From Candidatus Heimdallarchaeota archaeon (GTDB taxonomy: Archaea; Asgardarchaeota; Wukongarchaeia; Wukongarchaeales; JBHIFL01), in the NCBI GenBank assembly GCA_046761065.1, contig JBHIFL010000001.1, positions 96,001 through 160,000 of the forward strand: 64,000 nt of DNA. Reading direction: 5' to 3'. The first letter of the stretch is position 1. Every line of letters starts with the position of its first letter. The position numbers and the translations under genes were made by a program. The notes below the pieces were generated by a model. The model was not told where the DNA came from and did not search any database. It saw only the letters and a list, made by a program, of their open reading frames with translations. Positions 29,718 through 38,254 of the stretch are shown piece after piece.

Positions 29718-30497
29718 ATGCAAGGGTTTTCTGACAATATAGCAAAAGTGGCCGAAGATAATCGATCCCCGCTGGTTTTTGCGCTCGACCCATCGGCCCG
29801 ATTCGCTGGGAATTTTAATCGAAAAACGGCGATCCAAGCCAATCTTCTCAAAAAAAGCTTAGATCTAATTGAAGAAACAAGTGATCTTCTCGCCGCTGTG
29901 AAAATCAATAGACACCTCATCCTGCCCTTAGGGCTCTATGGGGGGATCCTAGAGATCCTTGATCGAGTGAAGGAGGCGGGTCTCCCAAGTATTGCGGACG
30001 CGAAGATCAATGACATAGGTAACACTAATCGGTGGATTGTAACCCACTATTTGGATGCAGGGTTTGATGCGGTCATTGCTAACCCATTCGTAGGGTGGAA
30101 AGGAGGTTTGGATGCCGTTTTTGAAGAAGCCAATGAGCGGGACAAAGGCGTCATCCTGCTTGTTTACATGTCTCATCCCGCCGCGCCTGAAGGGTACGGA
30201 AGAATGACTCTAGATGACCAGGGGAAACGGCTCTTCTATATGGTCTTTGCAGAAAAAGCCCTTGAATGGGGCGCTTCCGGAGTCGTTGTTGGAGCTACCC
30301 ATCTTGCAATCTTAGAAGAGATTCATAAAACCCTTGGAGAGAAAATCCCTATTTTCGCGCCAGGAGTAGGCGTTCAAGGCGGAGATCCCCGGCTAGCCCA
30401 AGAAGCAGGAGCTAAATACTTCATAGTTGGTCGGACTATCTTCGAATCGGCTAAACCCCGGGAAACAATAAAGCAAATTCTTACATCGCTGAGATGA
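29718..30497 (+). CDS. pyrF: Orotidine-5'-phosphate decarboxylase
   Basis: ALD, AVK, IADAKINDIGNT, VVVGAT, PGVGVQGG, IVGR. ATG at 29718 preferred because of the upstream GAGG. Confidence 0.93.
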   Translation: MQGFSDNIAKVAEDNRSPLVFALDPSARFAGNFNRKTAIQANLLKKSLDLIEETSDLLAAVKINRHLILPLGLYGGILEILDRVKEAGLPSIADAKINDIGNTNRWIVTHYLDAGFDAVIANPFVGWKGGLDAVFEEANERDKGVILLVYMSHPAAPEGYGRMTLDDQGKRLFYMVFAEKALEWGASGVVVGATHLAILEEIHKTLGEKIPIFAPGVGVQGGDPRLAQEAGAKYFIVGRTIFESAKPRETIKQILTSLR

Positions 30498-30523
30498 TGC
30501 CTAATTTCACTTTGGGGAATTTG

Positions 30524-31540
30524 TCAAAAAAAACCATGGGAATTATCTGTTAAGTGATTATTTTTTAGTTGCCAGATTTCAATAAACTTCTCCTTTTTGT
30601 GTTTTTTTTCGACAAGCGAGACTGTTCCTTCCCGTTCTAACTTTCTCAAGTGTACGTGCGCGGTGTGTGCGTCGATTAGAGAACGATAAGGCTCTCCCCA
30701 GTCAATGTTGAGGGATGTGTCAATGTGCTGCTGAACAGTTTCAGTGGAGGCAGCCCCTTCAAGCAGCGCATCTAGAACGATTTCTTCCACATGGTGTTGC
30801 GATTCCAATGCCAAGCGGATCATATCCTTGAAATCGCTTCCCACAAAAGCGGCATCATGACTCGGACAAAAAAGATCAATTTTTGCTTTCAATAGGAGTT
30901 GAAGCGCTTGTTCTCTTTTTTTCAAATCCCCTGTGGCATCAAAATAATAGCTATAGGGATTCTCCGGATAGATTTGCACTTCATCTCCCGCAAACATCGC
31001 TTGATCCTCTAAACAATAGAAGAACATATGCGCAGCTGAATGGCCACCTGTCGACCGTAGGAGGACTGTCTTTCCCCCTAAATCAAATTTCTCATCCCCT
31101 CTGACTACATGCAAGGATTTTTCGTCTACCCCTTTCATTTTTGAAAACACATCTGTCCCTAGGGCTAACTTCACCCGTTGCATTTTACCAAGCATGAAAT
31201 TGCGATCCAAGAGGGATTTCACAGGATCGAGAAGTGCTTCGCGGCCTTCTTCATGAATGACGAATTTCGCATTGGGAAACTCATTAGCAAAATCCTGACA
31301 TCCTCCGATATGATCAGGGTGTTCATGCGTGAGAAAAATGTAATCTACATTGTTAGCATTATACCCATAACTCTTGAGGACTTTATGAACCTGAGTAGCG
31401 AAGCGGCCGGAGGGCAATCCTGTATCAATGATCCCAACTTTATCCCCAACAACGATATAAGTCCCGATAATCTCGCCTCTTGGCCCATAATGGTCAATGA
31501 TTCGATAAATTCCCGGCACAATTTCACTTGTTATGGACAT
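30524..31540 (-). CDS. Metallo-beta-lactamase-fold hydrolase with C-terminal wHTH-like domain
   Basis: IIDTG, LTHEHPDHIGG, GGHS, FAGD, PSH. Confidence 0.9.
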   Translation of the reverse strand: MSITSEIVPGIYRIIDHYGPRGEIIGTYIVVGDKVGIIDTGLPSGRFATQVHKVLKSYGYNANNVDYIFLTHEHPDHIGGCQDFANEFPNAKFVIHEEGREALLDPVKSLLDRNFMLGKMQRVKLALGTDVFSKMKGVDEKSLHVVRGDEKFDLGGKTVLLRSTGGHSAAHMFFYCLEDQAMFAGDEVQIYPENPYSYYFDATGDLKKREQALQLLLKAKIDLFCPSHDAAFVGSDFKDMIRLALESQHHVEEIVLDALLEGAASTETVQQHIDTSLNIDWGEPYRSLIDAHTAHVHLRKLEREGTVSLVEKKHKKEKFIEIWQLKNNHLTDNSHGFF

Positions 31541-31639
31541 ATGATCACTCCATCACTTTGTTCATTAATTCACAGATACTTCAGTTCTTAGCCAGTTCGA
31601 TTTTTCAAATGTACAAAATCATTAATCCTCACAATTGAT

Positions 31640-32600
31640 CTTAAAGTGTTTACTGCTCATACGGCTTATTCTTCGTGAACATTATTGGAACAACTGATAA
31701 GTCTATGCTCACATTGCTCTTCAATATTGTTCTAGAGATTTAATCTCATCCTTGAAATATTATAATAAAGAGATTTCGGATTTTCCCACGCCATACCCAT
31801 TGTAAGTGGGAAAAATTAATTATTTAACATAAAGATGGGTTTTTTCCTTTTTTTCAATAAAATTGATACGTCATCAATCTATTTATTCTTACTTTGAAAA
31901 TGAATGGCGATGCTAGCCTTTTCTGGGCCCATATTTTTCAGATATTTAGTTTCATGCCCGTATTTCTTTCGTTGAATGTGAAACACTAGCGGTTCATCGT
32001 TATTTATATAATTTTCCAGTATTGATCTTATTTCGTGGAATTGCAGCATCCCTTTATAGAAGTTATTTTCAATGGTTACCGGTTCGATTTTTCAATCCAC
32101 TTCCTGAAAAAGGAAGAATTGGATGGAGTTTATTCTTTAAGCGGTTCTAATTTGATATGACTAGTTGAAACTTACGAACAAGCTCTTTGTGCTGGTTATG
32201 TATACTGTGATTTCTGTTACATGTGCCATCACAACGATTTTCCCGTTGGATCCGATTGCTCATCTTTAATGGTGCTTGTAAAGTAGCTGGCTATGGCTGC
32301 TAGCCATGTCGGATAATTCATGCCAGTTAAGCTTTATTTTTAGCCATTATGAGAATTTCTTCTATAATATATTTTCAAAAACTTATCAAGAATGTTATAT
32401 AGGTCTTGAAGTCGTCCCAAGCCTTATATCCGCTTAAAATTTGGGATAGAAGTGTCTATATATTTACAGCTCAATTATTTTTTCTGTTAATAAATTTGTT
32501 TCTCAACAATTCTGAATTTTTAGTAAGATATTATTTTACAGATTAAAATGAGAATTTATTCCCTTAACCATAGTTGCATCATTCATTTAAGTTCTACTAC
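31640..32600 (-). pseudogene. Probable decayed gene remnant (AT-rich, unidentified)
   Basis: About 1.2 kb without long ORFs. A stop-free protein-like stretch lies on the minus strand at ~31880-32095 (KIEPVTIENNFYKGMLQFHEIRSILENYIN...). Confidence 0.3.
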
Positions 32601-33001
32601 ATAGTGGGTAAAAAGCCGTGGAAAACTCAAATATAATGGTTCAATAAGAATTACTATTCTCCAAAAGAACTGCTTTACTTCTTGAAGATGAGTAATTGAA
32701 AGTGGATTCCTATCGAATGGCAGTCTATCTAATTATTTATGAAGGTTGTGGGGGTAGGAAAGTTTAAATAATTTAACAGTTCAACTTTTTGTTCAGTTAA
32801 AAAAAAATTGATCTTCACACAGTTTTAAAGATCAGATGGAGGAATTCCTGCCCCTTAGAAGGGAGCACTAATCCCCCATTTTCCATTACCATCTTGTACA
32901 TCCGTGGAGATGGTTCTTGGGTTCATGAAAAGATCCATGCAGGACTCTAATACAGAACTGCGCCAAGAGATCTTTTTGCTTCCTTCTGTGGTGGTGATCT
33001 G

Positions 33002-33793
33002 ATGATTGATGCAGTAATTCTTGCGGCTGGATATGGATCCCGATTGAGCACGCATATTAACACCTTACCCAAACCGCTCGCTCCACTGCATGGAACTCCC
33101 TTAATTGAATGGGTTTTGAATTCGCTCGAGAATATGACCTACTCAATTCGACATGTTGTTGTGGTCACGGGACACCGCTGTAAAGTACTGATCGCGCATT
33201 TAATGGCAATTCAAGCAAATTATGAGTTTAAAATTGTTCCTGCGATCAGTCACCAGTTCTGGAAAGGAAATGGTTCCTCTTTATGCGCCGCTGAGAAATA
33301 TATCGGAAAAGACCCTTTTTTACTCCTAATGGGGGATCACATCGTAGAACCAGCTATCATTAAAGCAGCGCTTTGTTCTAGGAATAAGGCTTATGCAGAT
33401 GTGGCTTTATGCACCGATAGATCGCCTTTCTTTTCCAACCGAGAGCATGATCGGCCGACAAAAGTGCTCTTAGATGACAATTCACAAATGATCGATATTG
33501 GCAAACGAATCCCAATATGGAACTGCATCGATACGGGGGTCTTCCTTATGACCCGCAACATCTTTAACGCCCTCCATTCTCTCAATATGGAAAAATTAAC
33601 AATCACAGAAGGAGTTAAACATTTAATCCGCACGAATTACCCAGTCATTGGAGTGGACGTTTCTGGGATGTTCTGGTCAGATGTTGACACGTATCAAGAC
33701 TTAATTCGTACTGAAGAGGCTCTTCAGGAAGCGTTCTGGGGGGGCTCCCAGTCCAGCTATCGAGAGGAGGAAGTTGTACTAGGGGAGGAATAA
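33002..33793 (+). CDS. NTP transferase, CTP:inositol-1-phosphate cytidylyltransferase (IPCT)-like
   Basis: AVILAAGYGSRL..PKPL, WKGNGSSL, LLMGDH, DIGK, IDTGVF, WSDVDT. Adjacent to a DIPPS-like gene. Confidence 0.82.
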   Translation: MIDAVILAAGYGSRLSTHINTLPKPLAPLHGTPLIEWVLNSLENMTYSIRHVVVVTGHRCKVLIAHLMAIQANYEFKIVPAISHQFWKGNGSSLCAAEKYIGKDPFLLLMGDHIVEPAIIKAALCSRNKAYADVALCTDRSPFFSNREHDRPTKVLLDDNSQMIDIGKRIPIWNCIDTGVFLMTRNIFNALHSLNMEKLTITEGVKHLIRTNYPVIGVDVSGMFWSDVDTYQDLIRTEEALQEAFWGGSQSSYREEEVVLGEE

Positions 33794-33801
33794 ACCCCAT
33801 A

Positions 33802-33915
33802 ATGGACGCCCTTATATTAGATATTGTGTATACCATCGCGATCAGTGCCATCTTTGTGTTGGGTGGGGTGCACATTCTGTACACGGCTCTGGTAACAGAA
33901 GAAGAACAAACATAA
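33802..33915 (+). CDS. 37-aa single-TM microprotein (not in ORF track)
   Basis: MDALILDIVYTIAISAIFVLGGVHILYTALVTEEEQT*, starting 8 nt after the IPCT stop with GGAGG upstream. Confidence 0.6.
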   Translation: MDALILDIVYTIAISAIFVLGGVHILYTALVTEEEQT

Positions 33916-34028
33916 GAAGTGCTTAGAGAAGGATACGAGGAAGGATTACCGGAATTAAATGGTTCATTAGTTTGATGCCACGTAAAAAGTTAAGTAAACT
34001 GTAAGTCCAGAGGAGGTTTGAATATTTC

Positions 34029-34727
34029 ATGGGATCCCCAACGCCAACGAGAAAAGAAGGAGATGGGTTCGTCTCCCGTTATCTAAATAGACGACTCTCT
34101 TTTCCGATCACTCGTGTCCTTTTACGGGTTGCCCCAAATATTTCCCCGAATACGGTTTCATTCGTCAGCTTTATTATAGGGATTGTCGGAGCGTTGCTAT
34201 TTAGCATGGAAATTGGGGTCCTTGGAGGAATTGCAGTTCAGCTTTCAAGCGTCCTCGATGGTTGTGACGGCGAAATTGCCCGAATTAAGGGTAGATCCTC
34301 TCGGTTTGGTGCGTTTTTTGATTCCATCTTGGACCGTTATGTTGATAGTCTTGTTATTATGGGACTTGTCGTCTATTGTTTTAAATCACTCAATGGGCAT
34401 CGCATTTTTGATCTTGTTCGAATAAATGAATTGTTAATTTTGGTGGTCAGCGTTTTTACGTTGATAGGAACCTTTCAGGTGAGCTACTCCGCAGCAAAAG
34501 GGCAAGTCAATTTCGCCCGAGACTTTTCACGGACTTTACAAGGAAGAGATTTCCGTCTTTTTGTTATTTTCCTAAGTGGTCTTGTTAGCCCTCTGGACGC
34601 GAGTTTTATTTTCTTAGTCCTGTTAATCCTTGCGGCGTTAACGAACGTTTCAGTGGTTTGGAGGATGGTAGTGGCTTCCGATTGGGAAAAACAAACCCGA
34701 GAAACAAGGAGGAAGAAAATCAAGTGA
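34029..34727 (+). CDS. CDP-alcohol phosphotransferase, di-myo-inositol-phosphate-phosphate synthase (DIPPS)-like
   Basis: K..DGFVSRYLNR, ISPNTVS, LDGCDGEIAR...S.FGAFFDSILDRYVD. Confidence 0.85.
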   Translation: MGSPTPTRKEGDGFVSRYLNRRLSFPITRVLLRVAPNISPNTVSFVSFIIGIVGALLFSMEIGVLGGIAVQLSSVLDGCDGEIARIKGRSSRFGAFFDSILDRYVDSLVIMGLVVYCFKSLNGHRIFDLVRINELLILVVSVFTLIGTFQVSYSAAKGQVNFARDFSRTLQGRDFRLFVIFLSGLVSPLDASFIFLVLLILAALTNVSVVWRMVVASDWEKQTRETRRKKIK

Positions 34728-35533
34728 AACTGGGAGCAACAAGCTTCATCAACTTTAACAAGTCCATAAAAGATTTTTTGGCGATATTAGCAGCTCAAAA
34801 CCTGCAATATGTCGAATTGAAATGTGATTGGCGCGTGTGTGATCCTGAAGTTCTTGTGCCAAGCGCAATTAAGGAATGGCAAGAATTTTTACAATCTTAT
34901 GGACTCCAGCCGGCGCTCCATGCGTGTTTCATTGATCTTAATCTGGCCAGTTTGAGCGAACTTATTAGAACAGCGTCAATCAAACGGGTGACCAAGTGTA
35001 TCCAGATGGCTTCCGAACTTGGGGCTTCCTATGTCACCATTCATCCGGGGAAATTAAGTCGAGACTATCCCCGCTCCCTATTCCCGAAGGCGTTCGGGTT
35101 AGCATTAGGATCGATCCAGAAACTCCTTCCAGCTTGTGAGGAGCAAAATGTGCTGCTCGCATTGGAAAACGCCCCAAATGGACCCGATCAAGGAGTTCTT
35201 ACTGATACGAAAACAATGAAGACGTGCCTTGAGATGATGGATTCCCATGCGATAAGGATCGTAGTGGATATTGGGCATGCCCATACCCATGGCTTGGATC
35301 CGTTGCTTTTTTTACATTCCTTGGCCCCCCATGTCTGTGCGGTTCACATTCACAATAATGATGGGCAAACGGATTCTCACAAACCCTTAGGTGAGGGGAC
35401 CCTGAACTATCGGCCCATCCTTAAAGAACTGGTCACAATGCATATCGATGGGCCGATCCTCATAGAAATGCACCAAGTGGAGGATATACTGGCTAGTCGG
35501 GATTATCTGAGGAGAAATGGGATTCAACCATAG
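34724..35533 (+). CDS. Sugar-phosphate isomerase/epimerase (xylose isomerase-like TIM barrel)
   Basis: GTG start overlapping the DIPPS stop. HPG, LALEN, DIGHA, HIHNN...DSH.PLGEG, LIEM. Confidence 0.85.
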   Translation: MKLGATSFINFNKSIKDFLAILAAQNLQYVELKCDWRVCDPEVLVPSAIKEWQEFLQSYGLQPALHACFIDLNLASLSELIRTASIKRVTKCIQMASELGASYVTIHPGKLSRDYPRSLFPKAFGLALGSIQKLLPACEEQNVLLALENAPNGPDQGVLTDTKTMKTCLEMMDSHAIRIVVDIGHAHTHGLDPLLFLHSLAPHVCAVHIHNNDGQTDSHKPLGEGTLNYRPILKELVTMHIDGPILIEMHQVEDILASRDYLRRNGIQP

Positions 35534-35749
35534 CGATGAAGTTGCTAACGCTTCGACTCTTTTTTGAAGTTAAAGGGGAGACTGATAAGTCACGAATGAG
35601 CAACCCGCATCCGCCAGCCGGAAATTCGAACCCCAGTTTCCTCCCATCTCTTCTTGGAGGTTGATCTAAGATTTCAAGTTCGATATCTATATTTGGAGAT
35701 ATTTAAAAAGGGAGTTTTGAAAATTAAATACTGATGGTGATGGGTCTAG

Positions 35750-36304
35750 GTGGATGAGATGTCAGATGTTACAATTATTGAAGACCCAGCAGCTTCTATG
35801 CTGTTAGAACCCATTAAGATGAAGATATTAGATCTGCTCAACAAGAAAGAAATGACAATATCCGAGATCTCCCGTGAATTAAAAACAAATAAAGCAAAAA
35901 TTTCTTACCATATGAAATTATTGCGGAAAGCAGGTTTAGTGGTCATTTCGCTCGAAGAAGAACGCAAGGGAATGCATTACAAATACTTTCGAGCCGTACA
36001 CAAAGTGTTGATCCCAGATATCCGCTCAACCCTCAATGAAGAGAAGAAATTCGCGATGCTTTCCCCCATTAAAACCTTTATTGAGGGCTACTTAGCTGGA
36101 GCTGGACTGATTCCCGATTTTAAAACCCGGGAACGGCTTTTTGAGGCTGTTTCCGAAGAGATTCTAGCCATCACAAGCAATTTTTCTTCTGAAACTGAAA
36201 AAGTGAATGACAGCGATGAAATTCGTCGGAAGATTTATGCTACCGCTGTCAAAAATGTTCTCAACCAGGAGGACTTTGTTTCAAAACTTAAGAGAGCTTT
36301 CTGA
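35750..36304 (+). CDS. ArsR-family winged-helix transcription regulator
   Basis: EP.KMKILDLL..EMTISEISREL....ISYHMK.L..AGLV. Confidence 0.85.
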   Translation: MDEMSDVTIIEDPAASMLLEPIKMKILDLLNKKEMTISEISRELKTNKAKISYHMKLLRKAGLVVISLEEERKGMHYKYFRAVHKVLIPDIRSTLNEEKKFAMLSPIKTFIEGYLAGAGLIPDFKTRERLFEAVSEEILAITSNFSSETEKVNDSDEIRRKIYATAVKNVLNQEDFVSKLKRAF

Positions 36305-36922
36305 AATAAAATGAGATTTTTCTCTCCGTTGACTTTTAACCATATGACACGCGATTAATCCAATATAAGGTTAAAGTCTTGGGGAGTGCTAGATTGATTA
36401 TAGTCAACCAATTGAGAATCCTTACCCGGTTTGACATAGGAATTGGACGAACTCGGATTAGGCTAGGTCATCCTCATAGAACCTTTAAAGTTAATTAGCT
36501 CTTCAAAATCATTCTAAAACCGCTAATACTTCCAAAAAATAATTCATCAGTTGGATCTTGTATTTTTCCGCGCAACCGCCGTAATAAGCGGCAAGATGTA
36601 ACCACATAACATGAAGGTGGTTTCTATCCTTTTTCCAATAGGGAAAATATGCCACCAATCTATTTATGATTCGCTTGAGAGGTTAAGAACCGTGTTCACT
36701 TTCTAAGCTCTCTCTGAGCCAACTTATTTAAAACAATCCTATAACTTATGGGTTTCAAAAAGCAATAATCTAATTATACCAGTCCCTATCTCCCATACCT
36801 CAAAAAAGACAATACCAGTCAAGCCATCTGCATCTTGATTCTTTATAATATCTCTAATGTTCCTCTGAAAATACTTTAATCTTGAGCGGATTCCTTAAAA
36901 TTAGGCGATTCAGGAGATTTGT

Positions 36923-38254
36923 TTGATGCGATCCGTCACGGACCAAGGGAATTTACAATTGAAAGAACATACTACCCGTCTAGACAAGTTTTTAAAGAAA
37001 GAAGTCTCGCCTGATGTTGAAGTGCCTCGGAAAGTAGAGGATGAGGATGTTTCTATTATTGTTGTGGCAGATATTCATGCAGGGTTAAATTTTGATTTTA
37101 AGATCGATCCTGATACGGGGATCTCAGAGAGAGCCCGGGATTTCCACCATAATTTTGTGAGAGCAGCCCAATATGCAATCGAACACAAATCAAGATTATT
37201 TGTAGTTTTAGGTGACCTATTTGAACGGGCTCATGTAAGCCCAACGTTTAGAGAATGGATTCGGAGCGGTATTATCGAGCCCCTTGGAGAAGCAGGAGTG
37301 GAGATCTGGCTGGTTGCAGGAAATCATGAACAGCCAAAAAGCCCAGCCCGTGGTACTTCCATTCAAGATTTTCGGGGATACCCTCACGTCAAAGTCTTTA
37401 TGGAAGCCACTGAAGAGCGCTTGGAAATTGAAGAGAAGTCGATTGGCGTCTTAATTATCCCTTATCTTCATCCAGAACAGGTCATAAGACTCACACAGAA
37501 AGATACCTCACAAAAAGTTTCTATTGAACAGCAATTTCAATTAGGACAGAGGATCCTTCAAGATCAGATCTTAAAAAAAGCTGAATCGCTTCAGACCGAT
37601 TTCAAAGCGCTGTTTGCACATTATTATATAGAAGGGGCAAAACTGCGTGAAACAAGGTATCTAACAGTATTGCCAAGTGAATTCAAATTTACTTTAGATA
37701 TGATTCCAAACAACTTAGATCTAGCCATTTTCGGGCATGTGCATTTACATCAAGTTGTAGGAAAGCGGGGTTCAACAGAAATACTCTATCCAGGAGCCAT
37801 CGAACGTATTGATTGGGGTGAAAGAAAAGACAAGAAAGGGTTCCTCATCATAAAACCTTTTGCCCCACAGAAATGGGAATTCATCGAATTGCCGACTCGT
37901 GAAATGGTTAAGATATCCGTTCAAGTACTTATGGGAACTGAAGATCCAACAGCAGTAATTTTGGCAAAAATCCCCCAGAATATCACAGGAAAAATGATAC
38001 GGTTAGAAATTGAGTCGGGAGAGGGGATCCAGGAGAAAATTCTCGAGTCTAAAATCGAGGAGAAGCTCAAGGGAGCTTTTCATTATGAAATCCGAATAAC
38101 AGAACTACATACAGAGAAAATTGCTCCTGTTAGCTTCACGATGGATCCTTTCAAATTATTTGATGAATTTATCAACCTTAACTACAATAACCATTCAAAA
38201 AAGGAACAGATCCTCCAAATTGGAAGACAATTGATGGCGGAGGTTTTCCAATGA
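36923..38254 (+). CDS. mre11: DNA double-strand break repair nuclease Mre11
   Basis: ADIH, GDLF, GNHE, AH, GHVH, YPGAIERIDWGE. First gene of the mre11-rad50-nurA-herA operon. Confidence 0.9.
   Translation: MMRSVTDQGNLQLKEHTTRLDKFLKKEVSPDVEVPRKVEDEDVSIIVVADIHAGLNFDFKIDPDTGISERARDFHHNFVRAAQYAIEHKSRLFVVLGDLFERAHVSPTFREWIRSGIIEPLGEAGVEIWLVAGNHEQPKSPARGTSIQDFRGYPHVKVFMEATEERLEIEEKSIGVLIIPYLHPEQVIRLTQKDTSQKVSIEQQFQLGQRILQDQILKKAESLQTDFKALFAHYYIEGAKLRETRYLTVLPSEFKFTLDMIPNNLDLAIFGHVHLHQVVGKRGSTEILYPGAIERIDWGERKDKKGFLIIKPFAPQKWEFIELPTREMVKISVQVLMGTEDPTAVILAKIPQNITGKMIRLEIESGEGIQEKILESKIEEKLKGAFHYEIRITELHTEKIAPVSFTMDPFKLFDEFINLNYNNHSKKEQILQIGRQLMAEVFQ

Noticed and set aside
31600-32850. Long AT-rich gap as a CRISPR array, replication origin or ncRNA
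   Set aside because: No periodic repeats, ORB-like boxes or GC-rich stems seen. It looks like decayed coding DNA.
35611-35640. tRNA 3'-end-like fragment on the minus strand (TGGGGTTCGAATTTCCGGCTGGCGG) as an att site closing the IPCT/DIPPS cassette
   Set aside because: The T-stem pairs mostly by G-T, there is no matching tRNA in the window and no integrase. Too short to support.
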